Assembly (NCBI GenBank): GCA_023261815.1
Contig: JALNKA010000007.1
Span: forward strand, 1 to 43,516
Length of the DNA stretch: 43,516 bases
Source: Candidatus Wolframiiraptor sinensis
Lineage (GTDB): Archaea; Thermoproteota; Nitrososphaeria_A; Caldarchaeales; Wolframiiraptoraceae
Direction of reading: 5' to 3'
The position numbers and the translations under genes are program-made. Below are positions 27,364-35,700 of the stretch, one piece after another; positions within the stretch are counted from its first letter, which is position 1; each line of letters opens with the position of its first letter. The notes below the pieces were generated by a model. The model did no database searches, was not told the DNA's origin, and saw only the letters and a list, made by a program, of their open reading frames with translations.

Positions 27364-28743
27364 ATGGGCTCCTCTCAAAGCTTGATAAGAAACTTCGATG
27401 ATCTCATCGGATCCAGATCCGGGATAATCGCCGATCTTAGGGGCGAGGTTTTAAGGGCCGCCGAGCAAGGGATCAGAAGCGTCATGCCCGAGAGCTTCAT
27501 GAAGAGAGTTCGCGTGGAGGATGATTTTCTGATCGTGAAGGACTCGCTGAAAATCGATCTGAGGAAGTTCGATGAGGTCGTCGTCTTGGGAGCCGGCAAG
27601 GCATCGGTCAAGATGGCGGAGATGCTGGAGCCGCTAATCTTCGATAAAATTTCCGGAGGCGTCATCGCGTCTTCGAGCAGCCCATGCGAGTGCATCAACC
27701 TTAGGAAGATCGACGTGGTTCCCTCGAGCCACCCGGTTCCAAGCGAGAGCAGCATAGAGGCCTCTGAGATTCTCCTAGAGTGGGCTGAATCAGTTACGGA
27801 GAGGACCCTAGTGATCTTCCTTCTTTCAGGCGGCGCATCCGCCATGCTCGCCCTACCAGCGCATCCCGTGACCCTGAAGGATAAGATATTCACGACCAAG
27901 CTCCTTCTGGAAAGCGGTGCGACGATTGATGAGATAAATGCTGTTAGGAAGCATTTATCCCTCGTCAAGGGTGGATGGCTTGGCAAAAGGATGTCAAGAG
28001 CCAGGGTTATTAGCCTGGCACTTTCAGACGTGGTTGGAAACCGGGTGGAGTGCGTAGGGTCGGGGCCGACCGCGCCGGATCCAACAACCTTCAGAGACGC
28101 ATACAATATACTGAGGAAATACGATCTATGGGATGTTGTTCCGGAGAGCGTTAGAAGGAGGATAATTGATGGGATGGAGGGGAGGGCTGAGGAGACGCCC
28201 AAGCCCAGGGACCCGGCATTCCGGCGGATAACGAATATAGTAATCGCGGATATCGGTGATGCTTGTAGAGCCGCGGCTAGCTACCTCGAGTCGAGGGGCT
28301 TCAAGTGCATGGTGCTGAGCAAATATGCGGAGGGCGAGGCATCGCAGGTTGGAATTCTATTAGCGGGGCTTCTGCGCCAGCTAGAAGAGAATGGCGAAAA
28401 ATGCGCGATGATACTCGGCGGAGAATACACTGTGACCGTTAAGGGAGGTGGGGTTGGCGGGAGAAATCAGGAGCTCGTCCTCGCATCATCGCTTAGGCTA
28501 AAGGAGTTGGAGAGGTCCGTTATACTGAGCGTCGGGACGGATGGGGTGGATGGAGTCTCATCCGCCGCCGGAGCGATAGCAGACCCGCAAACATATCATG
28601 ATGCGGTGAGGCTGGGCGTAAACCCCGTGAGATTTCTCAGGGAGAATGACTCGAATAGCTTCTTCAACCTCGTGGGCGGAGCGATATATACTGGTCCGAC
28701 CGGGACTAATGTCGGAGATCTGACTATCCTAGCGTCGGGATGA
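27364..28743 (+). CDS. Glycerate 2-kinase (MOFRL family)
   Basis: GAGKAS, LSGGASA, NAVRKHLS.VKGG, SDVVG, SGPT, GGRNQE, TDGVDG, TGPTGTNVGD; probable ATG at 27364. Confidence 0.93.
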   Translation: MGSSQSLIRNFDDLIGSRSGIIADLRGEVLRAAEQGIRSVMPESFMKRVRVEDDFLIVKDSLKIDLRKFDEVVVLGAGKASVKMAEMLEPLIFDKISGGVIASSSSPCECINLRKIDVVPSSHPVPSESSIEASEILLEWAESVTERTLVIFLLSGGASAMLALPAHPVTLKDKIFTTKLLLESGATIDEINAVRKHLSLVKGGWLGKRMSRARVISLALSDVVGNRVECVGSGPTAPDPTTFRDAYNILRKYDLWDVVPESVRRRIIDGMEGRAEETPKPRDPAFRRITNIVIADIGDACRAAASYLESRGFKCMVLSKYAEGEASQVGILLAGLLRQLEENGEKCAMILGGEYTVTVKGGGVGGRNQELVLASSLRLKELERSVILSVGTDGVDGVSSAAGAIADPQTYHDAVRLGVNPVRFLRENDSNSFFNLVGGAIYTGPTGTNVGDLTILASG

Positions 28744-28797
28744 GCTCGTCGAGCTCGAGATAATGCTTAAAACTGGGGGATAACGCTTAATCGCAGC

Positions 28798-28911
28798 ATG
28801 ACTCTCGAGGCCTTTCTCGATCTGGTTTATAGGAGCTCCTTCTGGCTCGCCGCCGTAATATTCGTGGCGATACTCGCCTACATAGTCTATACATCGCTTA
28901 AGAGGGAGTAG
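28798..28911 (+). CDS. Unannotated 37-aa single-TM protein
   Basis: MTLEAFLDLVYRSSFWLAAVIFVAILAYIVYTSLKRE*; CTTAAA box ~30 nt upstream; ends 12 nt before priS; host-like codons. Confidence 0.7.
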   Translation: MTLEAFLDLVYRSSFWLAAVIFVAILAYIVYTSLKRE

Positions 28912-28923
28912 CCTGGGAGGGAA

Positions 28924-30141
28924 ATGAGCTTCATAAAGGATGAGGACGCCGCATTTGTCCAGAAGCTCTTCAAGCAGTATTATCTCGAGCATGGTGAGGA
29001 GATCTACGTCCCCGAGAGAATTCAGGAGAGGGAGTTCGGGTACTTCACCTTCGCGGAGAAGGCGATGGTGAGGCACATCGGCTTCGCGAGCCCGAGCGAG
29101 CTTAAGCAGATGCTCGCGGAGAAGGCTCCCCTCCACGTATATCACTCTGCCGCGTTCTACAAATATCCGAGGGCTCCTATGGATCAGAAGGGGTGGATCG
29201 GCTCCGAGCTGGCCTTCGATATCGATGCGGATCATCTCAAGACGCCGTGCAAGAAGAACCACGACTTTAAAGTATGTAGGAGCTGCTTGCTGGACTATCC
29301 GGCTGATGCGGAGAGGTGCGCGAGGTGCGGAGCACCCCTCGAGAGAGTTGAATGGGTTTGTGAGAGCTGCCTGGAGAGCGCTAGAAGCGAGGCCGGGAAG
29401 CTTCTCGAGATCCTAGAATCCGATCTGGGATTCAGGAAGATGAGAGTAGCGTTCTCGGGGAATAGGGGATACCACGTCGTAGTCTCCGATGAGCATGCGC
29501 TGGATATGAGCCAGCAGGAGAGAAGGGAGATAATAGACTACGTGATGGCGGCTGGGCTCGAGCCAAGGCTTCTCGGGCTCGAGGGTAGAAAAGTGAGCAT
29601 GAAGGCTGCGCCGGATCTCGGCGACCCGGGCTGGAGGGGAAGGATAGCTAAGCAGGCGCTTCAACTACTAATGAGCAGAAATGTCGAGAAGATCTGCGAG
29701 CTCGCGGGCGATAAGCGGTCGCAGACGCTGGTGAGGGATCTCGAGAAGCTCGGCGAGCTCGAGACGGATAAAGTGCCCTGGAGCGCATTGAGCGCTTCAT
29801 CTAGGAGAATTTTGGTGAAAGCGGCCGAGGAGGCCGCCGCCGCGCACGTGGACGTGGTCGTGACCCAGGATATTCATAGGCTGATAAGGCTTGGGAACTC
29901 GCTGAATGGGAAGACTGGGCTAAGGGCTCAGATAATAGACCCGAATGAGCTCGATGATTTTGATCCAGCATGGAGCCCCGTCGCCCTGCCCATTGACGAG
30001 GAGGTTCATGTCAAGGTGATAAGATCCAGCGGAATCAGGATTCGCGGCATCGAGATACCCCCTATATCCAGAAAGCTGGTAAGACTTCCGCTGGCGGCCG
30101 CGGTCCTACTTCTATGCCGAGGGGCTGCCACGCTGCCATGA
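28924..30141 (+). CDS. priS: DNA primase small (catalytic) subunit
   Basis: REFGY, ELAFDIDADH, FSGNRGYH, DVVVTQDIHRLIRL; Cys-rich zinc insertion. Confidence 0.95.
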   Translation: MSFIKDEDAAFVQKLFKQYYLEHGEEIYVPERIQEREFGYFTFAEKAMVRHIGFASPSELKQMLAEKAPLHVYHSAAFYKYPRAPMDQKGWIGSELAFDIDADHLKTPCKKNHDFKVCRSCLLDYPADAERCARCGAPLERVEWVCESCLESARSEAGKLLEILESDLGFRKMRVAFSGNRGYHVVVSDEHALDMSQQERREIIDYVMAAGLEPRLLGLEGRKVSMKAAPDLGDPGWRGRIAKQALQLLMSRNVEKICELAGDKRSQTLVRDLEKLGELETDKVPWSALSASSRRILVKAAEEAAAAHVDVVVTQDIHRLIRLGNSLNGKTGLRAQIIDPNELDDFDPAWSPVALPIDEEVHVKVIRSSGIRIRGIEIPPISRKLVRLPLAAAVLLLCRGAATLP

Positions 30142-30186
30142 AATCTGATAAGCAGCCCTGACGCCTATTCGCGGGGTGCATCTGGG

Positions 30187-30633
30187 ATGAGAATAGCGGT
30201 TGGATCAGATGATGTTTATCACGTGGCCAAGGTGATCGTCGAGTACCTCAGATCGAGAGGGCATGAAGTTGAGGAGCTTGGGGCTCTGCGATCTGGGAGG
30301 CTCGAGCCTTGGCCTGATGTCGCCTGGCAGGTCGCCGAGAAGGTTGCGAACGGGCTCGCGGACTACGGGATAGTGATATGCTATACGGGAACCGGGGTCT
30401 CGATTGCCGCGAATAAGGTTAAGGGGATAAGGGCGGCCCTCTGCCCCGATGCGGAGACCGCCCGCGGAGCGAGAAGATGGAATGATGCAAATGTTCTGGC
30501 GCTAAGCGCGAGGCTGACGTCCGACGAGGTGGCGAAGGAGGTCGTGGACGCCTTCCTATCCGTGGATAAGCCCGATGAATCGGAGCTCGAGAATATACAA
30601 AAGATCGCGAGGATGGAGGAGGCGAAAGCTTAA
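30187..30633 (+). CDS. RpiB/LacA/LacB family sugar-phosphate isomerase
   Basis: MRIAVGSD, ICYTGTGVSIAANKVKGIRAA, NDANVLAL. Confidence 0.9.
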   Translation: MRIAVGSDDVYHVAKVIVEYLRSRGHEVEELGALRSGRLEPWPDVAWQVAEKVANGLADYGIVICYTGTGVSIAANKVKGIRAALCPDAETARGARRWNDANVLALSARLTSDEVAKEVVDAFLSVDKPDESELENIQKIARMEEAKA

Positions 30634-30653
30634 ACGCTCTTCGTGATTCTTCT

Positions 30654-31250
30654 TTGAATGGCATGAGCTCCAGTCCTCACGCGGATTTATATGAGGCGCT
30701 CATGGAAGCTTGGAGACTCGAGAAGGGCGAGCGGGATCTAGCAAGGCTTCCCGAGAACCTTCTAGAGGATATACGGAAGTATATTGGGAGCCTTAAGCAT
30801 CAGCTCAGGGTATCAGATAAGGGGACGCTCACATCGGAGCTGAAGGAGGTCTTCCTAGAGGCGGTTATGAGTGTTGTGCGGGAGCTCTTCGAGCTGAGGT
30901 TGAGGAAGCTCATTGGAGCGGCCGTCGAGGAGAAGCCCGTTGAAAACCTCCTAGAGTTCGAGCGCCGAATCTACCCGAGGCTGGTCTCGCTGATCAAGGA
31001 GTATAGGGATTACGTTAAGGAGCTCATCGAGGCTGTTGCCTACCAGAATTGGGAGAGGATGCCATCGAAATATGAACTCGTATGCTTTCTCAAGGATACG
31101 CCCGAGTTCATCGGAATAGACTTGGAATCTTATGGGCCGTTCAAGGCCGGGGATCTCGCCGCTCTCCCGCCGGAGAATGCCAGGAACTTGGAGCTCGCTG
31201 GAATCGTTAGGGTGATAAAGGTTCTTCAGCCTGGAGCTGGAAGGGAGTGA
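30654..31250 (+). CDS. GINS subunit Gins51 (A-then-B domain order)
   Basis: N-terminal helical domain with RLRKLI; C-terminal FIGIDLESYGPFKAGDLAALPPENA; close to priS. Confidence 0.85.
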   Translation: MNGMSSSPHADLYEALMEAWRLEKGERDLARLPENLLEDIRKYIGSLKHQLRVSDKGTLTSELKEVFLEAVMSVVRELFELRLRKLIGAAVEEKPVENLLEFERRIYPRLVSLIKEYRDYVKELIEAVAYQNWERMPSKYELVCFLKDTPEFIGIDLESYGPFKAGDLAALPPENARNLELAGIVRVIKVLQPGAGRE

Positions 31251-31264
31251 TTGATCCTCGCAGT

Positions 31265-32491
31265 TCAGCTGATGCTGCTCAGCGTGAAGAGCTTTGGATT
31301 TGAGTAAACCTCCTCCCCCTCGACGGATAGCAGTATCGCTCCCACGATGATCTCCTTGATCTGCCCCCTATATGGCGTCAGGATTCTGACGATTCCCTCC
31401 CTCGTATTGAAATCTATGAGCAGGCCTATGCCGGCGAAGGTCTCAGGAGAGCTCCTGAGGTAACTTAGCACTCCGATGCCATTCTTAGCGAGATCACTCA
31501 GGGCTTTCTCCACATCCCGCTCTATGGGCTCGATGGACTCCTCAGCATATCCCTGAGTCAGCATCTCGAGGTACCTCATTACATCCCTTAAAGCCGCTCC
31601 ATTGGTTAAAGTCTTGAGGTTTATCCAGCTTATGGGGATCCGCCTGATCGCGGATTTCCTCAGGAACCTTTCATAGGCTAGTTCGCGTAGCTTACGTCGA
31701 GCGGATTGATCCCTCTTTCTAACTTCTTGGGGCGGGGGGAGGACCTCGTACGTCGCACCAAGCATCTCGCATTCTCTCCGGAGCTCGTCGGGAAGCTCGC
31801 CTATCGAGGCGACATAATTTGGCCTGAGAACGCGTATCAGCGCTCTCTTGTGCTCTATTGCCCTATCGCCTGAAACCCAGCCATCGAGATCTATTGATGC
31901 GCTGACGTGGCCATATTTCCTGGAGACCACTTCAATCAGTTTCTCGACCGCTTTGAGATGCGCCTCGATGAGGGGCATCGGAGAGATATATCCGACGATC
32001 TCGCCGCCCTCCATCCTGTGATATGAAATGTCGAAGGTCGGCGTCCTCAAGGAGACATAACCTACCGTCGTCGGCGGGCATATATTTGATTGGCCAAGAT
32101 CTAAGTCGAGGTATACGGCAAATTTCTGCTTCTTGATCATGCTATTGAGTATTAGAGTTGCGAGAGTCGTCTTGCCGGAGTCAACGCCGCCGTAAACGCA
32201 GACTCTGCTCGAGCTCTTTGAAGCTTTCTCCGCGAGGACTTTCCATTCATCCGGAATCGTGTCGCCCTCGACGATGTCGTAGCCGCCGCTCTCGCCGTAT
32301 GTGATATCCGCCACAAAGTCCCTTTCTGCGTAAATGGGCCTCGACCTCCAGCTCTTCACGATCAGCTTAGCTCTGGGCGCTAGGGGGCATCCCAGCACCG
32401 ATGCTCTTCCCTCAATGAGGAGCGCTGAGGCCGGGCCGTGCAATATCAGTGTATCGCCCTTCTTCACCCTCACGATGGGCAATCGGACCAC
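31265..32491 (-). CDS. Clp1/Grc3(Nol9)-family polynucleotide 5'-OH kinase
   Basis: GPAS N-domain, GGVDSGKTT, DLDLGQS..PPTT, DLDGWV. Confidence 0.9.
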   Translation of the reverse strand: MVRLPIVRVKKGDTLILHGPASALLIEGRASVLGCPLAPRAKLIVKSWRSRPIYAERDFVADITYGESGGYDIVEGDTIPDEWKVLAEKASKSSSRVCVYGGVDSGKTTLATLILNSMIKKQKFAVYLDLDLGQSNICPPTTVGYVSLRTPTFDISYHRMEGGEIVGYISPMPLIEAHLKAVEKLIEVVSRKYGHVSASIDLDGWVSGDRAIEHKRALIRVLRPNYVASIGELPDELRRECEMLGATYEVLPPPQEVRKRDQSARRKLRELAYERFLRKSAIRRIPISWINLKTLTNGAALRDVMRYLEMLTQGYAEESIEPIERDVEKALSDLAKNGIGVLSYLRSSPETFAGIGLLIDFNTREGIVRILTPYRGQIKEIIVGAILLSVEGEEVYSNPKLFTLSSIS

Positions 32492-33121
32492 CTACCCGAG
32501 GCCGAGAATGCTCTTAAGAGAGAGCACTAAAGCGGAGTACTCATCCCTGCTTATTCCCTTCATTTTGGGGAGAATCCCCTTGGTCGTAAAGGACTCGTCA
32601 CAGACCATTATCGTCGCCCCCACGCCGCTAATGGCGTCCTCGAGCTTCCTCATAATAGACTTTATAGCATTTATGTTTGTAGTGGCCCCTAAAACCACGT
32701 ACTTTCTCTCCGCCTCTCGATGCCTGCTCAAGAAGCGCTTGACATCGCTCACGAGCTCCTCCGAGGAGCCATATCTCCTAGTTTTCAGGACAAAGTTATC
32801 TAAGAGGAATGCAGCGCCGAGGCTCTTGCCCGGGTCTATGGCAACAATCACCATTCCTCGGCCCGGCCTGCACATCGCCACCTCCAGCGCTCGCTCCAAG
32901 CACTCATCTAGCGACTCGAAGTCCTCGCAATAAACTACCCTTCTCCCATCAATGGATAATCCCTCATTCCTCGACGCTATGACCACATCCACATCGAGGG
33001 GGAGTTGGTCGGCATTTATGGAGTGTATTATCTCGACGCCATATTCCTTGGAGATCTCCCTTAGCTTCGCCGCCAGCTTCATATCCAAGGTTAAGAGCCC
33101 TATCCTCGCTCGGCCCCTCAT
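32492..33121 (-). CDS. RNase H-fold (YqgF-like) protein with an N-terminal extension
   Basis: VAIDPG, VVLG, CDESFTT, DEYSALVL resemble YqgF motifs; stop abuts the clp1-like start. Confidence 0.55.
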   Translation of the reverse strand: MRGRARIGLLTLDMKLAAKLREISKEYGVEIIHSINADQLPLDVDVVIASRNEGLSIDGRRVVYCEDFESLDECLERALEVAMCRPGRGMVIVAIDPGKSLGAAFLLDNFVLKTRRYGSSEELVSDVKRFLSRHREAERKYVVLGATTNINAIKSIMRKLEDAISGVGATIMVCDESFTTKGILPKMKGISRDEYSALVLSLKSILGLG

Positions 33122-33164
33122 ACAGCCTTCCTCATCACCCCGAGCACCCCTCCCTTCACCTAAC

Positions 33165-33190
33165 TCTAATATTTATCTAATATTTATCTA
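33165..33190. repeat. 11-bp tandem duplication TCTAATATTTA x2 (+TCTA) containing TATA-like boxes
   Basis: 33165-33175 and 33176-33186 are identical. Confidence 0.85.
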
Positions 33191-33216
33191 GCACACTACT
33201 ATGTAGTGTGCTAGAT
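33186..33216. repeat. Perfect 14-bp inverted repeat with a 3-nt spacer
   Basis: ATCTAGCACACTAC-TAT-GTAGTGTGCTAGAT. Confidence 0.9.
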
Positions 33217-33248
33217 GCTGATGGCGTCTCTTGATGGGGTGAGGGAGC

Positions 33249-33587
33249 TTGGGCCGTAAGAGAAGGAAGATCGTGAAGAAGGTGATTAAGCCGTTTCCGA
33301 AGCTCTTCACGTGCCCTATCTGCAATGAAGTTAGCGTGGCGGTTTATCATGAGGAGGGGTCGGATGCTGCTAGGGTTGCATGCGGGAGCTGCGGAGCCAG
33401 CGCCGAGGTCAGATGGCTTCCAGCCTACATGCCGGTAGACGCCTACGCGGAGTTCTACGATATAGTGACCGGTGCTAGGAGACCTCTCGAGCAGCTCATA
33501 CCTCAACCGGCCGATGAGCCTTCCGAGGCGGCTGATCCAGGAGAGCTATCCGGCGCAGAAGCTCAGGATCAGGGTGAAGCTCCTTGA
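33249..33587 (+). CDS. elf1: Transcription elongation factor Elf1
   Basis: MGRKRRK, PKLFTCPIC...CGSC, PVDAYAEFYD, acidic tail. Confidence 0.93.
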   Translation: MGRKRRKIVKKVIKPFPKLFTCPICNEVSVAVYHEEGSDAARVACGSCGASAEVRWLPAYMPVDAYAEFYDIVTGARRPLEQLIPQPADEPSEAADPGELSGAEAQDQGEAP

Positions 33588-33787
33588 CTATGTCAAGGTC
33601 AGGAATGATGTCTTCGAGTTCTGCCGGTTTTACGCGAGGTTCTTGGGGCATCGCTGGCCGAGAAATTAAGGACCGAGATATACCAGATTCTCAAGGACGC
33701 GATATCATGGTGGTTCCAGAAGCTGGAGGTGGAGGGATGACGAGGAGAATTTTCATAAACACCGCGTGAAACTCTAAGGTGTTCAGC

Positions 33788-33807
33788 TGGTGGGCTCAAC
33801 GGGATTT
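33788..33807 (-). other. tRNA 3'-end-like fragment (possible att scar)
   Basis: Minus strand reads AAAT-CCCGT-TGAGCCC-A-CCA, i.e. partial T-loop, T-stem, acceptor strand, discriminator and CCA. Confidence 0.45.
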
Positions 33808-33830
33808 CATGGTGGAAAGGTGACGATGAG

Positions 33831-34821
33831 GTGCCTTGGAAATCACGATTAGAGCCATACAGAGAAGAAATACTTCGTCTTCATGAAATAGGCTATTCGA
33901 TTAAAGTAATCAGAGACTGGCTTAAAAACAATTATGGACTTAGCGTTTGCAAAAACACCATTCGAAATTTCATAGCAAAACAAAGATCATTAAGACACCA
34001 TGGAGATACCAAGAAGTTAATGTACGAACTAGGATTGCTGCCAAGATTAACAGTTTATTCTAAGAGACCATTTGATCGCACAAATGAGTTACCATACTAT
34101 TGCGGATTTTCCGAAGATTTTAATGTAGAACGATATCATCACCAAATACGAATAGCCTCTGGGTCGACATCCAAGCTTTATAGCGTTGTCAATGAAGCTC
34201 TTCCGACCATATGGACATATAATATTGGTACCAACCTTTAAGAAGAGGTTTAAGGTTTTCACTCTGCAAATCACAATATTGCTCGACAGATCCTTTGAAT
34301 TCCTAGCCAATTATAAGGATGATAGGATTACCACAATTAAATGTTTGAGCATGGATGAAATGTGGAAGTATCTCGCTGGGCTCATTGATTCAGAGGGTTC
34401 AATAAGTGTGCTGATAAACAACCGTAAGGATTACTATTATCCTATTCTCTGCATTCAAATGAAAAATCAACAGATCTTACAATGGCTTGAAGAGAATTTC
34501 GGAGGGGGATTTTATCCCGGTGACCGCCTTGCCAAATGGCATGTCTATGGTAAAGAATGCATAGAGTTGTTGAAAAAGTTGGAACCAAAGCACATGGAAA
34601 AATTAACGAAGCGCTCTATAATTCTAAATAACTTGAACGACCTAAAAAGGGCCAAACATTTATTAAAGCAATATCAGCAACTTGTGGAGAGACAAAAAGC
34701 GGGATTTCAACTTTTCATGCGAAAAGTAGCCGAGAGCAGGAAAACATTTACCTTCTCCCCCCTCCCTTTTCCTTCCAAACAATTAATTAGTTCTTCTGAA
34801 CCCTTTTATGTACGTGATTAA
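33831..34821 (+). pseudogene. HTH + double LAGLIDADG homing endonuclease, split by a 2-nt frameshift near 34167-34170
   Basis: N-terminal HTH (SRLEPYREEILRLHEIGYSIKVIRDWL), degenerate first motif (PYYCGFSEDFNV), second motif YLAGLIDSEGSI; the two tracked ORFs join as GST/HPSFIALSMKLFRPYGH. Confidence 0.85.
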
Positions 34822-35550
34822 GCTTTCTAGCATATTTGGGTTCTGCTCTGCTAATGTTCCCGTGACAATCACACTTGCGCCTGCCTTAATTATTTCATTA
34901 ACCTGTGTGATATCCCGTATTCCGCCGCCCACTATTACTGGTATATCCACAGTATTAGCCACAGCACGAATTATTTCGGCAGGAATCGGAGAAGGAGCCC
35001 CTGAACCCCCCTCCAGATAGATAAAACGCATGCCTATGTACTGTGCAGCTAGTGAGTAGGCGACCGCCACTTCAGGTTGATTTTTTGGGAGCGGTAACGC
35101 TCTTCCCATTGAAGCAACAGCCGTCTCTGAATTAAAGACCAAATAACCCATGGGAATCGCCTCCAGATCGTATTTTTTGATTAATAGGGATGCTTGAATC
35201 TGAGCGCCCATTACAAAATACCAATCCAAGGAGTTCATTAATACCATATACCATATCGCATCAGCACTTGGCACTACGGCCTGAACGTTATTGGGAAAGA
35301 TTATTATTGGGAGACTTGTGGCGGCTTTTAACGATTTAACAAAGTTATCTAAGTCTATTTGTGAATCTATGGTTGAGCCGCCGACCATTACAGCTGCAGA
35401 GCCCTTACTTTCCGCAAGCCTTACCAATTTTTCGCCAGAGGAAATAGATACTTCATCAGGGTCAAGTAAAAGTATGTGAATAGGCCCTTTTTCGATTTCC
35501 TCAAGTAAATAATGTTCAACCTTTCCTAATTTTAGGAATTTAAACTTCAT
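34783..35550 (-). CDS. Geranylgeranylglyceryl-phosphate synthase (group II), intact, AT-rich copy
   Basis: LLDPD, MVGGST, IIFP, AIPMGYL, YLEGGSGA, IVGGGIR, IVTGT; ATG at 35550. Confidence 0.95.
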   Translation of the reverse strand: MKFKFLKLGKVEHYLLEEIEKGPIHILLLDPDEVSISSGEKLVRLAESKGSAAVMVGGSTIDSQIDLDNFVKSLKAATSLPIIIFPNNVQAVVPSADAIWYMVLMNSLDWYFVMGAQIQASLLIKKYDLEAIPMGYLVFNSETAVASMGRALPLPKNQPEVAVAYSLAAQYIGMRFIYLEGGSGAPSPIPAEIIRAVANTVDIPVIVGGGIRDITQVNEIIKAGASVIVTGTLAEQNPNMLESLITYIKGFRRTN

Positions 35551-35575
35551 GACCAAATTTTAATAAGCTACAGCA

Positions 35576-35583
35576 ATTTAAAT
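35576..35583 (-). promoter_or_regulatory. TATA box of the inverted GGGP synthase
   Basis: ATTTAAAT 26-33 nt upstream of ATG 35550, consistent with a leaderless archaeal promoter. Confidence 0.55.
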
Positions 35584-35700
35584 CTATCCACCTGGCAGTA
35601 GCCCCTAGACGGGTTTGTGGAAAGACTGAGAAGCTTTTAAGAAGATTTTTGAAGTATTGCTTGATTGACGAATTGTGGAGAGTGCTATTAAGAAAACCGG

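Larger units (their letters stand above)
33788..35700. mobile_element. AT-rich foreign insert: LAGLIDADG endonuclease gene + inverted intact GGGP synthase
   Basis: Sampled 60-nt lines are 33-37% GC inside versus 57-60% on the flanks; tRNA-3'-like scar at the left edge; right edge abuts a 5'-truncated native GGGP synthase. Confidence 0.75.

Noticed and set aside
33634-33690. FLGH and RTEIY as a possible tyrosine-integrase C-terminus
   Set aside because: The two motifs are in different frames, no HxxR box precedes them and the segment is too short.
34751-34776. 26-nt pure pyrimidine tract where the endonuclease and GGGP synthase genes converge
   Set aside because: Could aid termination but lies in coding sequence; no function can be supported from sequence alone.
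35584-35700. Short open frame GKTEKLLRRFLKYCLIDELWRVLLRKP as a new 5' end for the truncated GGGP synthase
   Set aside because: Out of frame with the remnant, stops shortly after the junction and has no GGGPS motifs.
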